64,000 bases of DNA from the NCBI RefSeq assembly GCF_006345805.1, contig NC_043001.1:2170001-2234000 (forward strand), in the 5' to 3' direction. This stretch comes from Octopus sinensis (taxonomy: Eukaryota). The notes beneath the pieces were generated by a model. That model made no database searches, was not told the DNA's origin, and saw nothing but the letters and a program-made list of their open reading frames with translations. Shown piece by piece: positions 1 to 13,945 of this stretch. The stretch's first letter is position 1, and every line of letters starts with the position of its first letter. The translations under genes were made by a program, and so were the position numbers.

Positions 1-700
1 TTTCTGACATGCAAACTTGAAGTCCTTAGTGATGTTATTGAGCTTTCCCCCATCTCTTGCCTCAGGAGATTCAGAAATAATCCAGATCTTTACATCTTTC
101 AAAACCTGAACATAACAAACTGCTGTCAGTCTCTCAGCATTCTCAAAGATAATCAATGGCATCTTCTTGCCGTCAGAGGCCATGTAGGTGAAAATCATTA
201 CCTCAGTAGGGATTTTGCACCTAAAAAAGACATTTTTGGCTTCCTTTCGAGGAGCTGAACCAGAACACAGCTGCTGCATCTGTTTGGGTACACATCTTGG
301 GTCAGATTTTTCTCATCACTCCAAGATGTGATTCTCTTTGTTGAAGATGATCTTCGCCCTCTTCAACCTTCTAAGCTTTTGTCCTGGAGTTACAAGATGC
401 CTCACAGGTCTCATGGACAATTTCATTTTCAAGTCTTCTGTCATCACTCTTTGAACTGCCATGGCTGAAACGCCTTGTTCATGTGCCAAGCGTCTTATGG
501 ATTGAGTTGGATCTCTTCTGTTTAATCTCTTCAGTTCCAGATTGAAATGATGATCCTTCTTGCGGTTATCACCTCCTGATCCAGTTACCCTTTCCACTAT
601 TCCCCCATTCTGAAATTTATTCACAATTACCTTGATGGTTCTTGAATGAACTTAGGAGACAGAAGCTAGAGAATGAATGTTGGTGCTATTACTGAAGGCC
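1..700 (-). mobile_element. Decayed Tc1/mariner transposase remnant, maT/DD37D-like, running off the window start
   Basis: ORF 316-624 has an HTH-like 'DPTQSIRRLAHEQGVS..VQRVMTEDLKMK'. After a frameshift the minus strand reads WSDEK (first catalytic D) and 'VMIFTYMASDGKKMPLIIF..VCYVQVLKDV', similar to the DD37D element at 48748. Confidence 0.75.
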
Positions 701-930
701 TGGATGATCTTAACCCTTTCAACATTACTTAGTTGGAAAGACATGGTGAAACTGGCACAAAACAATTTCAGCCTGTTCTCTTTCTAGCTAAATATCTCGA
801 TGGGTATTTCACTGATTCTTACAAAAATTGGTATGGCCACACAAAGACAGCATGGCCAGCGATAAGTTAGGGTTAGGGTTTTAAAAAGTTTTAAGAATTG
901 GTGTGCGTGACAATTTTGCTGTTAGACCTG

Positions 931-969
<39 letters not shown>

Positions 970-994
970 ATGTGTGTGTGTGTGTGTGTGTGTG

Positions 995-1032
<38 letters not shown>

Positions 1033-1033
<1 letters not shown>

Positions 1034-1205
1034 CGGGAAAGTTTACGAAAATAAACAAAAGACGAAGGCAGGTGGAGTACAAACAAACAAATGTATTAGT
1101 ATGGCGCACAGGAATAGAAATAGAACAAGTCTTTTATGTTTCGAGCCTACGCTCTTCAACAGAAAGATACACAGAAAAGAAACAAGGAGAGAAAAAAATG
1201 CGTGT
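1033..1205 (-). mobile_element. Short non-coding repeat, Penelope-terminus-like, with a degenerate hammerhead motif at 1130-1167
   Basis: Minus strand reads TCTTT-CTGTTGA-A-GAGC-gtag-GCTC-GAAAC-ATA-AAAGA. A related copy lies at 3081-3245. Confidence 0.55.
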
Positions 1206-1462
1206 AAAATTTAAATTCAGATGAATATAGCACTTAAGTTAAAGGCACCGGAATTTAGTATGGTATTATCCATATAATTCAAAATGGGGTGATTATAATC
1301 AAAATAAGCAACAAGGATATCCAGAGGTAATGCAGTACGATCGTTTCATGTGACACCATTTAATTGAACAATGCAAACATTACATCAATTTAAAATGTAG
1401 AGCAATCTTCAGCTGCATAAAAATATAGAATTTAGTTAAATTCGAAGGATTCATTTGTATAA
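1206..1462 (-). mobile_element. Penelope-like terminal (pLTR) fragment with a hammerhead motif; inverted copy of 12280-12535
   Basis: Aligns by eye over ~250 bp with the reverse complement of 12280-12535. Contains a complete hammerhead core at 1330-1418. Confidence 0.75.
1330..1418 (-). ncRNA. Type I hammerhead ribozyme motif with a long stem II region
   Basis: Reads ATGCAG-CTGAAGA-(59 nt)-GAAAC-GATC-GTA-CTGCAT: perfect 6-bp stem I, intact core, palindromic stem III (ACGATCGT), GUA cleavage triplet. Confidence 0.7.
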
Positions 1463-1494
1463 TTTTCTTTTTACCTATTTCTTTTATCTTTTTA

Positions 1495-1532
<38 letters not shown>

Positions 1533-1767
1533 TGTTGAGATGCATTAAACATCAAAATATGAAATCTTCGCTGATCTGGCTATATCTGTGACCGTAGGGA
1601 GCTTGCCTCTTTTGTCAGCTCATTAAGATAATGTTTCTGTGACTATTCAGTTGTTTTGACTCTTATTTCTAGCAATACTGGTGCTGATTAGTGCCCTTTC
1701 TTCACTTTAGTGAAATATATTCTACCTTTAGGTTGTAAAATTCTGAATTTACCACCCATATTAATTA

Positions 1768-2330
1768 CTAGCTGAATGACTTGGCATTGCCCTGGTTACT
1801 GCTGTTCTTATTCAGATTAGGAAATAAATATAAAGATATATTCTCATAATTATTTCTAAATATATTTTATTAAAAAATATCCAATTTGTAATGATAATAA
1901 AATTTTCAACATTTGCTGAAGGATGTATGTAGCAAAACATTAATTTGACATCATTTACTAAATATTATAACTGTGTAAGGTTATAGGCTGTAGGATACAA
2001 TAAAGTGGTTGTGTGGGGGTGAAACTCACACGGTTAAAGCAGCGTAGCAGGAATACGATAAGGATGGTAGGACTGTTAAAAAAGCGTTATCTTCAAACTG
2101 GTTATAAGGACTGGGGTAACATTTCTGTAATTATATTGAAAAAGCTGCTAAGGTTTTCTACTTCAAGTTTCCACATTCTTTATAATAACCAGAATAACAT
2201 TTTTTTCAGGTATATTTGTGAGTGTTGTGAGTGCTGTCAGCCAAATCTTCATGTTGGTGATAAAAGCCAGAATAATATTTCAGCAGATAAGTAGTGATAA
2301 TCGTTAATGCTGTTTAATCCACAACTCCCC
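1768..2330. mobile_element. Possible decayed Helitron/Helentron-like non-autonomous repeat
   Basis: Begins ACTAGCTGAATGACTTGGCATTGCCCTGG, which resembles remembered 'ACTAG...CCCGGCGTTGCCCGG' rolling-circle element termini. The distal boundary is uncertain. Confidence 0.3.
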
Positions 2331-2449
2331 ATGAGGAAAAAGAAAATCCAAGCAGTGGTACTTCAAAGTGAACGCTGTTGTTCATTCAACATCCAGGCCA
2401 CAACTAAACTAAACTCTTTCAAAATCAGTGGATTTCACTGTTGAGCAAT

Positions 2450-2640
2450 ACAGTCACATACATATACTAAGACAGGCACATACATATACTAAGACAGTCA
2501 CATACATATACTAAGACAGGCACATACATATACTAAGACAGTCACATACATATACTAAGACAGGCACATACATATACTAAGACAGGCACACACATATACT
2601 AAGACAGTCACGTACATATACTAAGACAGGCACACACAGA
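2450..2640. repeat. 22-bp minisatellite GACAG(G/T)CACATACATATACTAA, ~9 units
   Basis: Directly visible. The variant base alternates T,G,T,G,T,G,G,T,G. Confidence 0.95.
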
Positions 2641-3080
2641 CATACATTCATGCACACCTCAGGCTTATCTCTGTTCCTCTGTGTGTTCATCTCTGTCTTT
2701 AAATGTGTGTATGTGCATGCATGTGTGTGTGTGTGTCTCATCACAAAAATGTATGTATACTGACATACACCCTCACATACACTCACACACACATACATCG
2801 AATGTATGTAACAAATGCACAAACACACACTGACTGACAAATACACACTCATAGAAATAGTTGAGTTATTGAAAGATTATAATGTTAAATTTTTGTAATG
2901 CAAATATGTAAATGAAGATAAATCTTATTTGGTATTTGAAAGATTACTGAATCTTTTGATACCCTGTACATGAAAATCGGCAACTAAGGTTTTGAATGCA
3001 TAAGGAACACACACACACACACACATGAACACACATACACATTGCTTTATATGTGTATGTGTGTGTATATATATATATAT

Positions 3081-3245
3081 AGTCAATCTAAACAAGAATA
3101 AGCAAGAAAGAACAACAACGCGAGGGCATGTTACAAGTACTGTGTTATTGGATGCTCAGGAAAGGAAAGAAAAGAAAGAGGCTTTCACGTTTCATGTGGA
3201 GCTCTTCATCAGAAATATTGAAAAAGTCCAAAGAAGGGAAGAAGG
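3081..3245 (-). mobile_element. Second copy of the 1033-1205-type repeat with a degenerate hammerhead at 3181-3216
   Basis: Minus strand reads TTT-CTGATGA-A-GAGC-tccacat-GAAAC-GTG-AAAG. Flanking sequence resembles the 1033 copy. Confidence 0.5.
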
Positions 3246-3249
3246 TGAA

Positions 3250-4619
3250 AGTACCTTTCTCAGAGTGAAAGGTAGACTGTAAGATGCTTGTGTGCAAACA
3301 GTCATACTCCATGGTAGTGAGACACGGCCTCTGAATGCAGAGGACGTGCAGAGACAGGAGACGAATGAAGGCAGTGTGCTCTGCTGGATGTGCAACATCA
3401 GTGTGCATGTGCAACAAAGTGTAAATGTATTGAGAGAAGAGTAGGGCTTAAGTGGAATCAAATGCAACGTGCAAGAGAGGAGACTATATTGGTTTGGACA
3501 TGAGATGCGTATGAATGAAGATAGCTGTATAAAGAAGTGCTGATCACTGACAGTGGAGGGAACCCATGGCAGAAGGAGACCCTAGGAAGATATGAGATGA
3601 AGTGGTAAGGACTTATCTCAGGATGTTGGGCCTCACAGAGAAAATGACAATGGACCAAGAAGTCTGGTGATACGAAGTTCTTGAGAAGACCTTCCCATGT
3701 CAATGAAAGTGAGTTCTAGAAGCACTCTGCGTTCCACCTACACCTAACAATAAAACTTTTCCCACATCCTACCCCAACAACCAAACTACATCTCTTCTCT
3801 TCCTCACATCTCCTCAGTCAAGCCCCTATGCTTATCTCTCGCTCCCCAGTCCTGTCCCCACTACCCTGCTCACTGCATCATTGCTATTCCGTAGTCCCCC
3901 ACCCAGCTTTCATCAGTCATTGCATTCCCCACCCCGTCTCCCTACTCACACTTACATTATGACCTCTGTACCTTGAGGCTATGCCCTGCCACCTGCCACC
4001 ATCTCTCTCTCTCTCTTCCTTCATTGTGCCAACCCATTTATACATTAATCCCTGATCCTTGTGAATATGCCCTGGCATTACCCCACCATCTCTCTCCTGT
4101 TCTTTCTTGCACTCTTGCTGTCCTCCACTCTCTCTCTCTCTCTCTCTCTGGCCAGGTAACCATGTACCTCCTCTATAGCAAGACACTTATCTCTGTCTCT
4201 GATACAAGATCCCTTCCTCCAATGTCCCCTCCCACCTCAAAGATTGCTCTTTGTCTTGCAAGTTCCTTGGTGACCCTGCCAGTGCTGGTGCCATGTGAAG
4301 AGCATCCAGTCCACTCTGCAGAATGGTTGGTGTCAGGAAGAGCATCCAGTCCACACTGTAAAGTGGCTGACATTTGGAAGAGCAACCAGCTGTAAAAACC
4401 ATGCTGAAACTGACCTCACCTGTGCTGGTGCCACATAAACAGAACTCATTCCAGTCTTCTGGTTTGTTGGTGTTAGGAAAGTTTTCCAGCCGTAAAAAAA
4501 AATGCCAAACCAGACACGAAGTCTGGTGCAGTCTTCTGCCTAGCCAGCTCCTGTCAGACTGTCCAACCCATGCCACCATGGAAGGTGCTTGTTAAACGAT
4601 GATGATGATGATGATGATG

Positions 4620-4620
<1 letters not shown>
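3250..4620 (+). mobile_element. 5'-truncated, decayed RTE-clade LINE: ORF2 C-terminus, pyrimidine-rich 3' UTR, (GAT)n tail
   Basis: Translates as LRVKGRL*DACVQTVILHGSETRPLN..VLCWMCNI..QERRLYWFGHEMRMNEDSCIKKC..VEGTHGRRRP, a typical RTE C-terminus with stops. Ends ..TTAAACGATGATGAT. Confidence 0.85.
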
Positions 4621-6065
<1,445 letters not shown>

Positions 6066-7332
6066 GAAATGTGCATGCAAGCCAACAAGACCTATGCTTC
6101 ATCGATACTCGTATGAACTCTTTCGGTTCCACTTAAGCGAACATAATACAATTTCGTTACATGATTAACTCATAAACAGCTTATCTGTGTATCAAACACA
6201 ACTCATTAAGTTCCACCGAAATCAAGAGAATATTTCTCCATAGATTTTTTTTTCTTGATTAATAAAATAGTCTTTAGCTTACGTTATTGAACATATTTCT
6301 AATTGATCCTATTAAAAGAGAACTGTTTTGAACAACATATATTTATGACTCCACAACATCTCTGTTTGTTTATCATTATGTCTCAACTGAAATGCCTCCT
6401 ACGGATCAAAGCCAGGGAGTCGTGTTTCTTTATCTCCAATGGTTACTTCATACAGGATATTTACTTGTTTTTCATTTGCAAGGCTAATAAAATTGCCTTG
6501 TGAATTCATTAAAGACTTTCTTCTTGTCTAGCGATTGATATCATTTGATTTTTTTTGTCTATATTTTTTATAGACGTTTTCTTGTTTATTCATAGAACAA
6601 GAAAAAAGAAAAACAACCCACTAAAAACTTTACCAAAATCATTATATCTCTGTCCCTATTTTGTTGAATGTTTGTTATTTTTTAGTCAGGAAGAAAGACA
6701 GGGTCCATGACCCTTTACAGCCTCCCAAAACTAAGGGAAACAGTGAGGCTGGTATTCTCAAACTGACAATCTATCCTGGATACTGTGGACAGAGTGGACC
6801 CTATTAAAGGTACCTAAGAAGCTTGGTTGTGATCTTAAGCTTTGCATTAAATTTAACCATTTTTTGCCAAATTTCTGTTGAAGAAACAGCTTTTCTTTCA
6901 ATTAAATTTGAAAATCATGGAGAATTTAATAAAACAATTTTGTCATTGTTAATCTGGTATTATAATAATGGACAGTTTTAATTTAAATCATTTAAAAATG
7001 TTTAAACTATAGAACCAGGTGTGATTTCAGGCCCTGACATTGCTTCTGGTTCTGTGAAAATGGTTGAGTCTATCAAGCAAGTAGCCAAAGTGGAATTTGA
7101 ACTCACAATATACAAAGCCAGAACAAATGCTGCAAGGTAACCACCCATCCCAAAATTCTTAGAGATCTTCTAGTTTTCTGTCTTGGGTTGACTTTTTTTT
7201 AGTATCCTCTCCACCCCACACACATGAGAATAAAAAGGAATGTTTACCACAAGATAATCTGAACCCAGAATGTCAAGCATTCCTTCCAAAACACTAAATG
7301 TTCTGCCAGTTGACAAGATCGGTTTTCTTCTG

Positions 7333-7731
7333 TCTCTTACTTGTTTGAGTCATTTGACTGTGGCCATGCTGGGGCACCACCTTGATGAATTTTACTCAAA
7401 CTAATCAACTCCAGGGCTTACTTTTTTTTAAAGCCTTATACTTATTGTATCAGTCTCTTTTGCTGAACTGCTAAGTTTCAGGGAAGTAAACACACCAACA
7501 CCGGTTGTCAAGAGGTGGTGGGGACAAACACACACACACACAAATGTCTGCACACATATATATATAGATGTTAGGCTTCCTTCAGTTTCCGTCTACCAAA
7601 TCCACTCCCAACGCTTTGGTCAACCTGAGGCTACAGTTGAAGACATTTACTCAAGGTGCCACACAGTGGGACTGAACCTGGAATCATGCCATTGGGAAAC
7701 AGACGTCTTACCACACAGCCACGCCTGCACC
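7333..7731 (-). mobile_element. tRNA-derived SINE, family A
   Basis: Reverse complement matches 63288-63700: A/B-box head GGCTGTGTGGTAAG..GGTTCAGTCCC, central (TG)n, tail TGACTCAAACAAGTAAGAG. Confidence 0.85.
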
Positions 7732-7974
7732 TATTTGTTTGTTCTTCTTTGCAGCCAAATGCTTAAGAGGTTTGCTTTCTAATGCTGAGATCCTCGTCTT
7801 CTCATGATAATCCTGTCTGGACACTGGACAGGAGGAATTTGTTGGTCAAACAGGAAGTCAGAACTTTGAGAGAAGAGAACCACAATGAACACGGCCGAGG
7901 ATCTGGTACTTGGATCTAATGAGTTACCATCTTAGAAGAACATACATAAGCACAACATGGTGGGGTTTGTCTAC

Positions 7975-8006
<32 letters not shown>

Positions 8007-9712
8007 CCATCATCACTATAATCATTATCAGTATCATTGTTTTCATCACTGTCATTGTCGTCATTGTTATCGCCACCTCCAACGCCATCACCACCACCAT
8101 CATTGCCATCATCATCATCATCTTCATCTTCTTGCAGCAGAGTAGACTCCATTAAAGACACTCAATTCTCAGACATAGGTGTCATATTGGGTGATGAATT
8201 AAATCTACCAGCCAACTAACCAACCAACTGACCAAGAGTGTCATGGCAGGATTTGAACTCAGAACGCAAGGAAGTGGAATAAATACCACAAAGTATCTGG
8301 GTCCACGTTCTTACAGTTCTGCTATTCAATTGTTTTGGTTTGGTCCTTTTTAATCAGCCCCAAAGAAGATGAAAGCTGAATTTCATCCTGGAGGGATTTG
8401 AACTCTGATTCAGAGGTTTGGAACTAACACCACAAGGCATTCAATAGAATATGTAATGACTGTAGCAATTGCCCCCGCTTAATGGAATCTTGACACAATA
8501 AATTGCAGGTGTAAAGGAAACATTATACGAGAGCAACTGCAAGAGTGAGATTTCCAGGTAATTTTTGGTGAAATGCAGTGTTTGGGTGGATGGGGGGAGG
8601 GTTTTAATTGGGTGCATGGGGAGGGAGGGTATCAGTAGGATAGTAATGGATGAGAGAGAGAGAGAGGAGAAAGAGGGAGAGAAAGAGAAATAAAGGGATA
8701 GAGAGAAAGAGAGCGAGAAAGGGAGAGAGAGAGAACGAAAGAGGAAAAAGAAAGAGATGTGAAATAGAAAGAGGAAAAAGGAGAAAGCGAGAGAGAGAAA
8801 TAAAGTGAAAGAGAGAAAGAAGGAGAGTGAGAAAGAGAGACGAGAGCTAGAGAAGGAGTGAGAGAGAAAGAGAGAGAGAGAAAGAAAGTGAAAGAGAGAG
8901 AGAAGGAGAGTGAGAAAGAGAGATGAGAGAGGAAGAAAGAGAATTGAGAGCAACGGAGAGAGAGAACTTTTGATTTTTTTGTTCTTTTAGTCAAGTGAGT
9001 CTGAATGTAAACTAGAAAACAAAATTGCTGTCAAAGGATTCTTCCTGGAATAAAAATGGCTTTGGAAATGGAGGGGGGGTTGTGATGCTGATGATGACGA
9101 CGACGACGACGATGATGATGATGATGATGATGAAAATGATGGTTGTGATGTTGGTTGTGTGATGAGGGTAGCTGTGTTGTTGGTGGTAGTAATGGTGATA
9201 ATGATGATGATGATGATTATGATGATGATGACGATGATGCTGATGCTGATGATGATGATGATGATGATAGAGATTATATCACTGTTGGTGGAGATGGTGG
9301 AGTTGGTGACAGTGGAGGTGGTGGTGGTGGTGGTGGTGGTGGTTATGGAGTTGATGATTGAGATGTGGGGGAAGACGGTTTTTGCTAGAGATGGTGGTGG
9401 CAAAGGAGGTGATGATAGAAATGATGATGATGATGATGATGGTGATGGTGGGGATGGTGGTTACAGTGGTGATGGTCATGTGATGGAAGCAGTAACGCAA
9501 CTGAAACCATTAATGGTTGTATTAGCAATAAGGATGGCAACGTAAAAGAAAGAAATATCGTGGAAGAATGGTGAAGGAATTCAGTTATTTCTTCTTCCTC
9601 CTTCGTGTTCATTCTTCATGTTGTTGCTGTTGTTCTTTCTTTGTTGTTTTCCTCCTCCCTTCCTCCCCCTCCCCCTCCTCCTCCTCCTTCTCTGCCAACC
9701 ACCACCATCACC

Positions 9713-9756
<44 letters not shown>

Positions 9757-9905
9757 CACTACCACCACCACCACCACTACCACCATCAAAACTACTTCCA
9801 CCACTGCCGCCACCACCACCACCACCCCACCACCACCACCACCTCCGCTGTTCCACCGCCTCCTCCACCTTCAATGCCCCCTTCGCCCCCTCCACCGCCT
9901 CTGAC
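7975..9905. repeat. Low-complexity field of (CAT)n, (GA)n, (GAT/GGT)n and (CAC/TAC)n, with family B SINE fragments at ~8225-8440 (-)
   Basis: Directly visible. It produces the poly-H/T/D/P ORFs in the track. Confidence 0.9.
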
Positions 9906-10409
9906 GCCATTTCTGATTCATTCCTTTTTATTTTGTGTTGTGTTTGTTAAAGGGAGAACTAACGAAGAAGACATGCATGTGCTAAAAATAAAATAATCGT
10001 CAGTGAAAGGGTCCGGCGGCGGTGGGGGGGGAATCCACCTGATCTGAATGGCACCACCTCCAACTCCCTCCACCACCACCATTGCTAAATATCTCGTAGA
10101 GATTTATCAAACTGCCACAGAATTTGGAACTATTTATAACGAAATGCCTTTCTGTCAGATAATGGAACCTTCACTGAAATCTTAAAAACCACAATCATTG
10201 CTCTGGCCTTTTCTTCTACCTTTTCAGAAAATATCATCAACATTCCATTCCTGGATACACACCTGGATTCCACCACATTTGCAAAATTTACAAAAACATT
10301 CTCCATGTTCTTATTTCCTCGTCATTGTCGTTGTCGTTGTCGTCATCATCATCACCACCATCATCCTCGTCATCATCATCGTCATTGTCATCATCATCAT
10401 CGCCATCTT

Positions 10410-10776
10410 GCATGGCTCTGTGGTAAGAAGCTTGCTTACCAACCACATTTTTCCAGGTTCAGTCCCACTGCATGGCACTCGAGCAAGTGTCTTCTACCAC
10501 AGCCTTGGGACGACCAAAGCCTTAGGAGTGGATTTGGTAGATGGAAACTGAAAGAAGCCTGTTGTATATACTCTCTTACTTTTTTAGCACATTTCGGTCA
10601 TTTGACTGTAGCCATGCTGGAGCTCTGGCTTTAGCTGGGGAAATCAACCCCAGGATTATTCTTTGCAAGCCTAGTACTTATTCTATTGGTCTTTTTTGCT
10701 GAACTGCTAAGTTTCAGTGACATAAACACACCAACATCAGTCATGGTGAGGGTACAAACACAGACACAAAGACACT

Positions 10777-10873
<97 letters not shown>

Positions 10874-10990
10874 CAAGACAGGTTTATTTCAGTTTCCGTC
10901 TACCAAATTTACTCACAAGGCTTTGGTCAGTCTGAGACTAGTAAAGACTCTTTCCAATGTGCCACACAATGGGACTGAACCTGGAACCAT
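10410..10990. mobile_element. Two family A SINE copies in opposite orientation: 10410-10566 (+, 5' part) and 10571-10990 (-)
   Basis: Both match the 63288 copy. The shared segment (CCAGGTTCAGTCCCA..GGTAGATGGAAACTGAAA) is inverted between them. Confidence 0.85.
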
Positions 10991-11151
10991 TGATATCTTT
11001 TATTGATATCATTTTGCAAAACTGCAGAGTTATAGGGATGTTAATGAACCAACATCAGTTATCAAGTGAATGTGCAATACAAACACAAGTATACACACTC
11101 AAAGATATAATTATATGTATGTATATGTATGTATATATATAAACATATATA

Positions 11152-12535
11152 TGGGATATAATAAGAAAGGTGCAGCCTTATAAAAATAGTAGAGATGGAT
11201 GTGAACTTTGTTCTATGGAGATATATGAAATTTTGAAACATAGAGATAATGTAAACCTATTGAATAACCGTTTTGATCTAGGAGTATCTTGCATACACTG
11301 CACTACCTGTACCTTTAAATATTTTAAAGAATAGCATTCTGGCTATTCCTAAATTTCAAATCTAAATGTTCTGAAATTAAATAAGGAAATTATATACCCT
11401 ACTAGTTTTTATTTAATCTACATTAATTATTAAGAAATTTAGTAATATAAATAAATTGAATGAAGCAGAATAAAATCTTTTTAAATTTCTATAACTATTG
11501 TATAAATTCCATTTATCTAACAAAATTATTAAGTTGTATACTTAGTCTTCAAAAAGTTTTTAATAGAATTAGTAATTTTTCCATATCTACTTCTGCAAGA
11601 ATACTACTACACCAAATCCCCCCCCCCCCACACTTTTTTTCTTTGTTATAAATATTACCCCTAACTAGCCTAAATTATTATGCCCCATATAAACCATACT
11701 TCATTCTTGAATACTAAATTTAAATATCCCTAATTCTAGGAACTTCTATCTTGGTTACCTCCCTTCCATTGTATTTTAAAATATTTTAAAGGTTTTTTTG
11801 ATATGTGTGTTAATTAATAATTTTTTTGGCTAAGAATATTCTCATAAAAAGTTCTTCTAAATCCCCTTAATTAATATTCAAAACCTGATAATTGAACAGA
11901 TAATAATATCTATGTTATTTAGTCTTACAAGTAGGATTATGGATGTTAAATAGTTAAGTATTGGAAGATTCTAGTCTCCCTACCCCACCAGCTTTAGCTG
12001 AAATACATTCAACTGTACCAGAAGGGGTTCTTCAAAGAGAGCTTGATTTATGGCTCTGCCACTTAAACTGACTCTTCTTCTATCTATAAGAAGATGGATT
12101 CCTGGTGTTGTCTCCACTGGACTTAATCGAATAATATTAAACCCCCTCCCCCAATAGTAAATCTAAATAACAGAAAATTCTGTGATTAAACATCATTTAC
12201 TACCATGTTTCTGTTGATGAGAATGGCCTCTCTGTCTATCGACTTACCCTCTTTGTGATGCTGATAAATGGAATAAGTATAAATATGAATCTTTTCAATT
12301 TAACTAAAAAATTCCATATGCAGCTGAAGATAGCTCTACATTTTAAAACTGATGTAATACTTGCATTGTTCAATTAAATGGTGTCACGTGAAACGATCGT
12401 ACTGCTTTACCTCTAGACATCCTTGTTGCTTATTTTCATTGTAATCACACCATTTTGAATTACATGGATAATACCATACTAAATTCTGATGCCTTCAACT
12501 TAAGTACCATATTCAAATGAATCTAAATTTTTACT
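11152..12535 (+). mobile_element. Penelope-like element 3' portion: GIY-YIG C-terminus, ~1 kb AT-rich region, hammerhead-bearing terminus
   Basis: 11152-11334 has no ATG and is missed by the ORF track. It translates WDIIRKVQPYKNSRDGCELCSMEIYEILKHRDNVNLLNNRFDLGVSCIHCTTCTFKYFKE*, fitting the PLE endonuclease tail W.I....Y....CxLC..E...I...LLN...CxH. A hammerhead lies on the same strand at 12318-12407. Confidence 0.75.
12318..12407 (+). ncRNA. Type I hammerhead ribozyme motif, second copy of 1330-1418
   Basis: Reads ATGCAG-CTGAAGA-(59 nt)-GAAAC-GATC-GTA-CTGC. The core is identical to copy 1 although the flanks have diverged. Confidence 0.7.
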
Positions 12536-12541
12536 GAACTT

Positions 12542-12572
<31 letters not shown>

Positions 12573-12592
12573 AATATATATTATATATAAAT

Positions 12593-12623
<31 letters not shown>

Positions 12624-12624
12624 A

Positions 12625-12657
<33 letters not shown>

Positions 12658-13945
12658 CAGGGGGGAAGTCAAAAATTATCTGCTCTTTTACCATAACATT
12701 CTTTATTATTGCTTCACTGCCTTCTGCACATGTATGCTTATAGTTGGTACTATGTGGTCAGGTGATCGAAGTTTGAGCCTAATCAGGCCATTTTATCTTT
12801 CAGGCTTTACAGTGTGAGCATAACAACTGCATTAGAAATGTGCACCAAAGAAGAACAAAGAGCAGTGATCTGGTTTCTCTGGTCGAAAGGCGTGTCAGGT
12901 GCTGGAATTCATTGGAGGTTTTTAGCACAGAATGGAGAGAGTGCACTACCATGTAGAATTGTGTATGAGTGGATGAAAACGTTTAGAAGTGGTTGAAGCA
13001 GGACGACACACGAAGAGGGAGCAGGATGCCCCTTCACCCTCCACCACTGATAAGAAGATTCAGCAAGCTCAAGAGATGGTAATAGCGAATCAGTGTGTTA
13101 TCATCGAAGAGGTAACTTATTCTTTGCAGATTACTCATAGTTTTGCCTATCAAATCATCCATGATGAGCTTGGCTTCCATAAAGTCTGTGCAAGTTGGAT
13201 GCCAAGAGAGCTTACTGCAGAGCACAAGCGCAAACATCTTGAGGTTTGTAAATGTTTACTTGATTGCTACAACAATGAGGGTGAGGAATTTTTGAGCAGA
13301 ATAGTCACAGGTGATGAAATGTAGGTCCATCATTATGAGGCAGGATCCTAAAGACAGAGTATGCAGTGGGAACATACATGACTTGCCAGCGATGAAGAAA
13401 TTCAAGACTTGGTTTTCTATGGGAAAGGTGATGCTAACCCTTTTTGGGGACTCAAAAGGGCTTATAGTGGAAGACTGTCTGAAAAAGGGGTGAACGATCA
13501 ACAGTGCAAGATACAGTGCTTTGCTGGCCAAAAAGCTGAAGCAGCAATTTGTACCAAATGCCAAAGACTACCATTGAAGGTAGTTTTGTTGCTGCATGAC
13601 CATATATGTCCACACATTGCCACTCAGACCCTTGAAACCATTAACCAATTAGGGTTTGAGGTGCTGGAACACACTTTGCCTACAGCCCAGATCTTGCTCC
13701 TTTCAACTATCACATCTTTTGACTGCTCAAAGAGGGTTTATGAGTTGATTTCCAACGGATGAAGATGTGAAGGAAGAGGTGCACAAAGGGTGGCACGACC
13801 AACTGAAACCTCTCTTCTTGGAGGGACTGCACAAGCTTGTGGAGCACTGGACCAAGGGCATTGAAAAACAAGGTGACTGTATAGAAAAAGGGTGCACTTG
13901 TTTATCCCCTGCTTTCATGTAAATATACTGAAAAAATAAGAAGTA
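12658..13945 (+). mobile_element. Mariner (DD34D-type) DNA transposon, pseudogenised, 3' TIR not found
   Basis: 5' end TA|CAGGGGGGAAGTCAAAAATTATC. Fragments read MCTKEEQRAVIWFLW..VYEWMKTFRSG, WMPREL, SRIVTGDE, LLHD..PH and AYSPDLAP, with frameshifts and stops. Confidence 0.92.

Noticed and set aside
866-880. GTTAGGGTTAGGGTT, plus CCCTAA-like repeats at ~31675-31692
   Set aside because: Only about two units, too short to call interstitial telomeric sequence.
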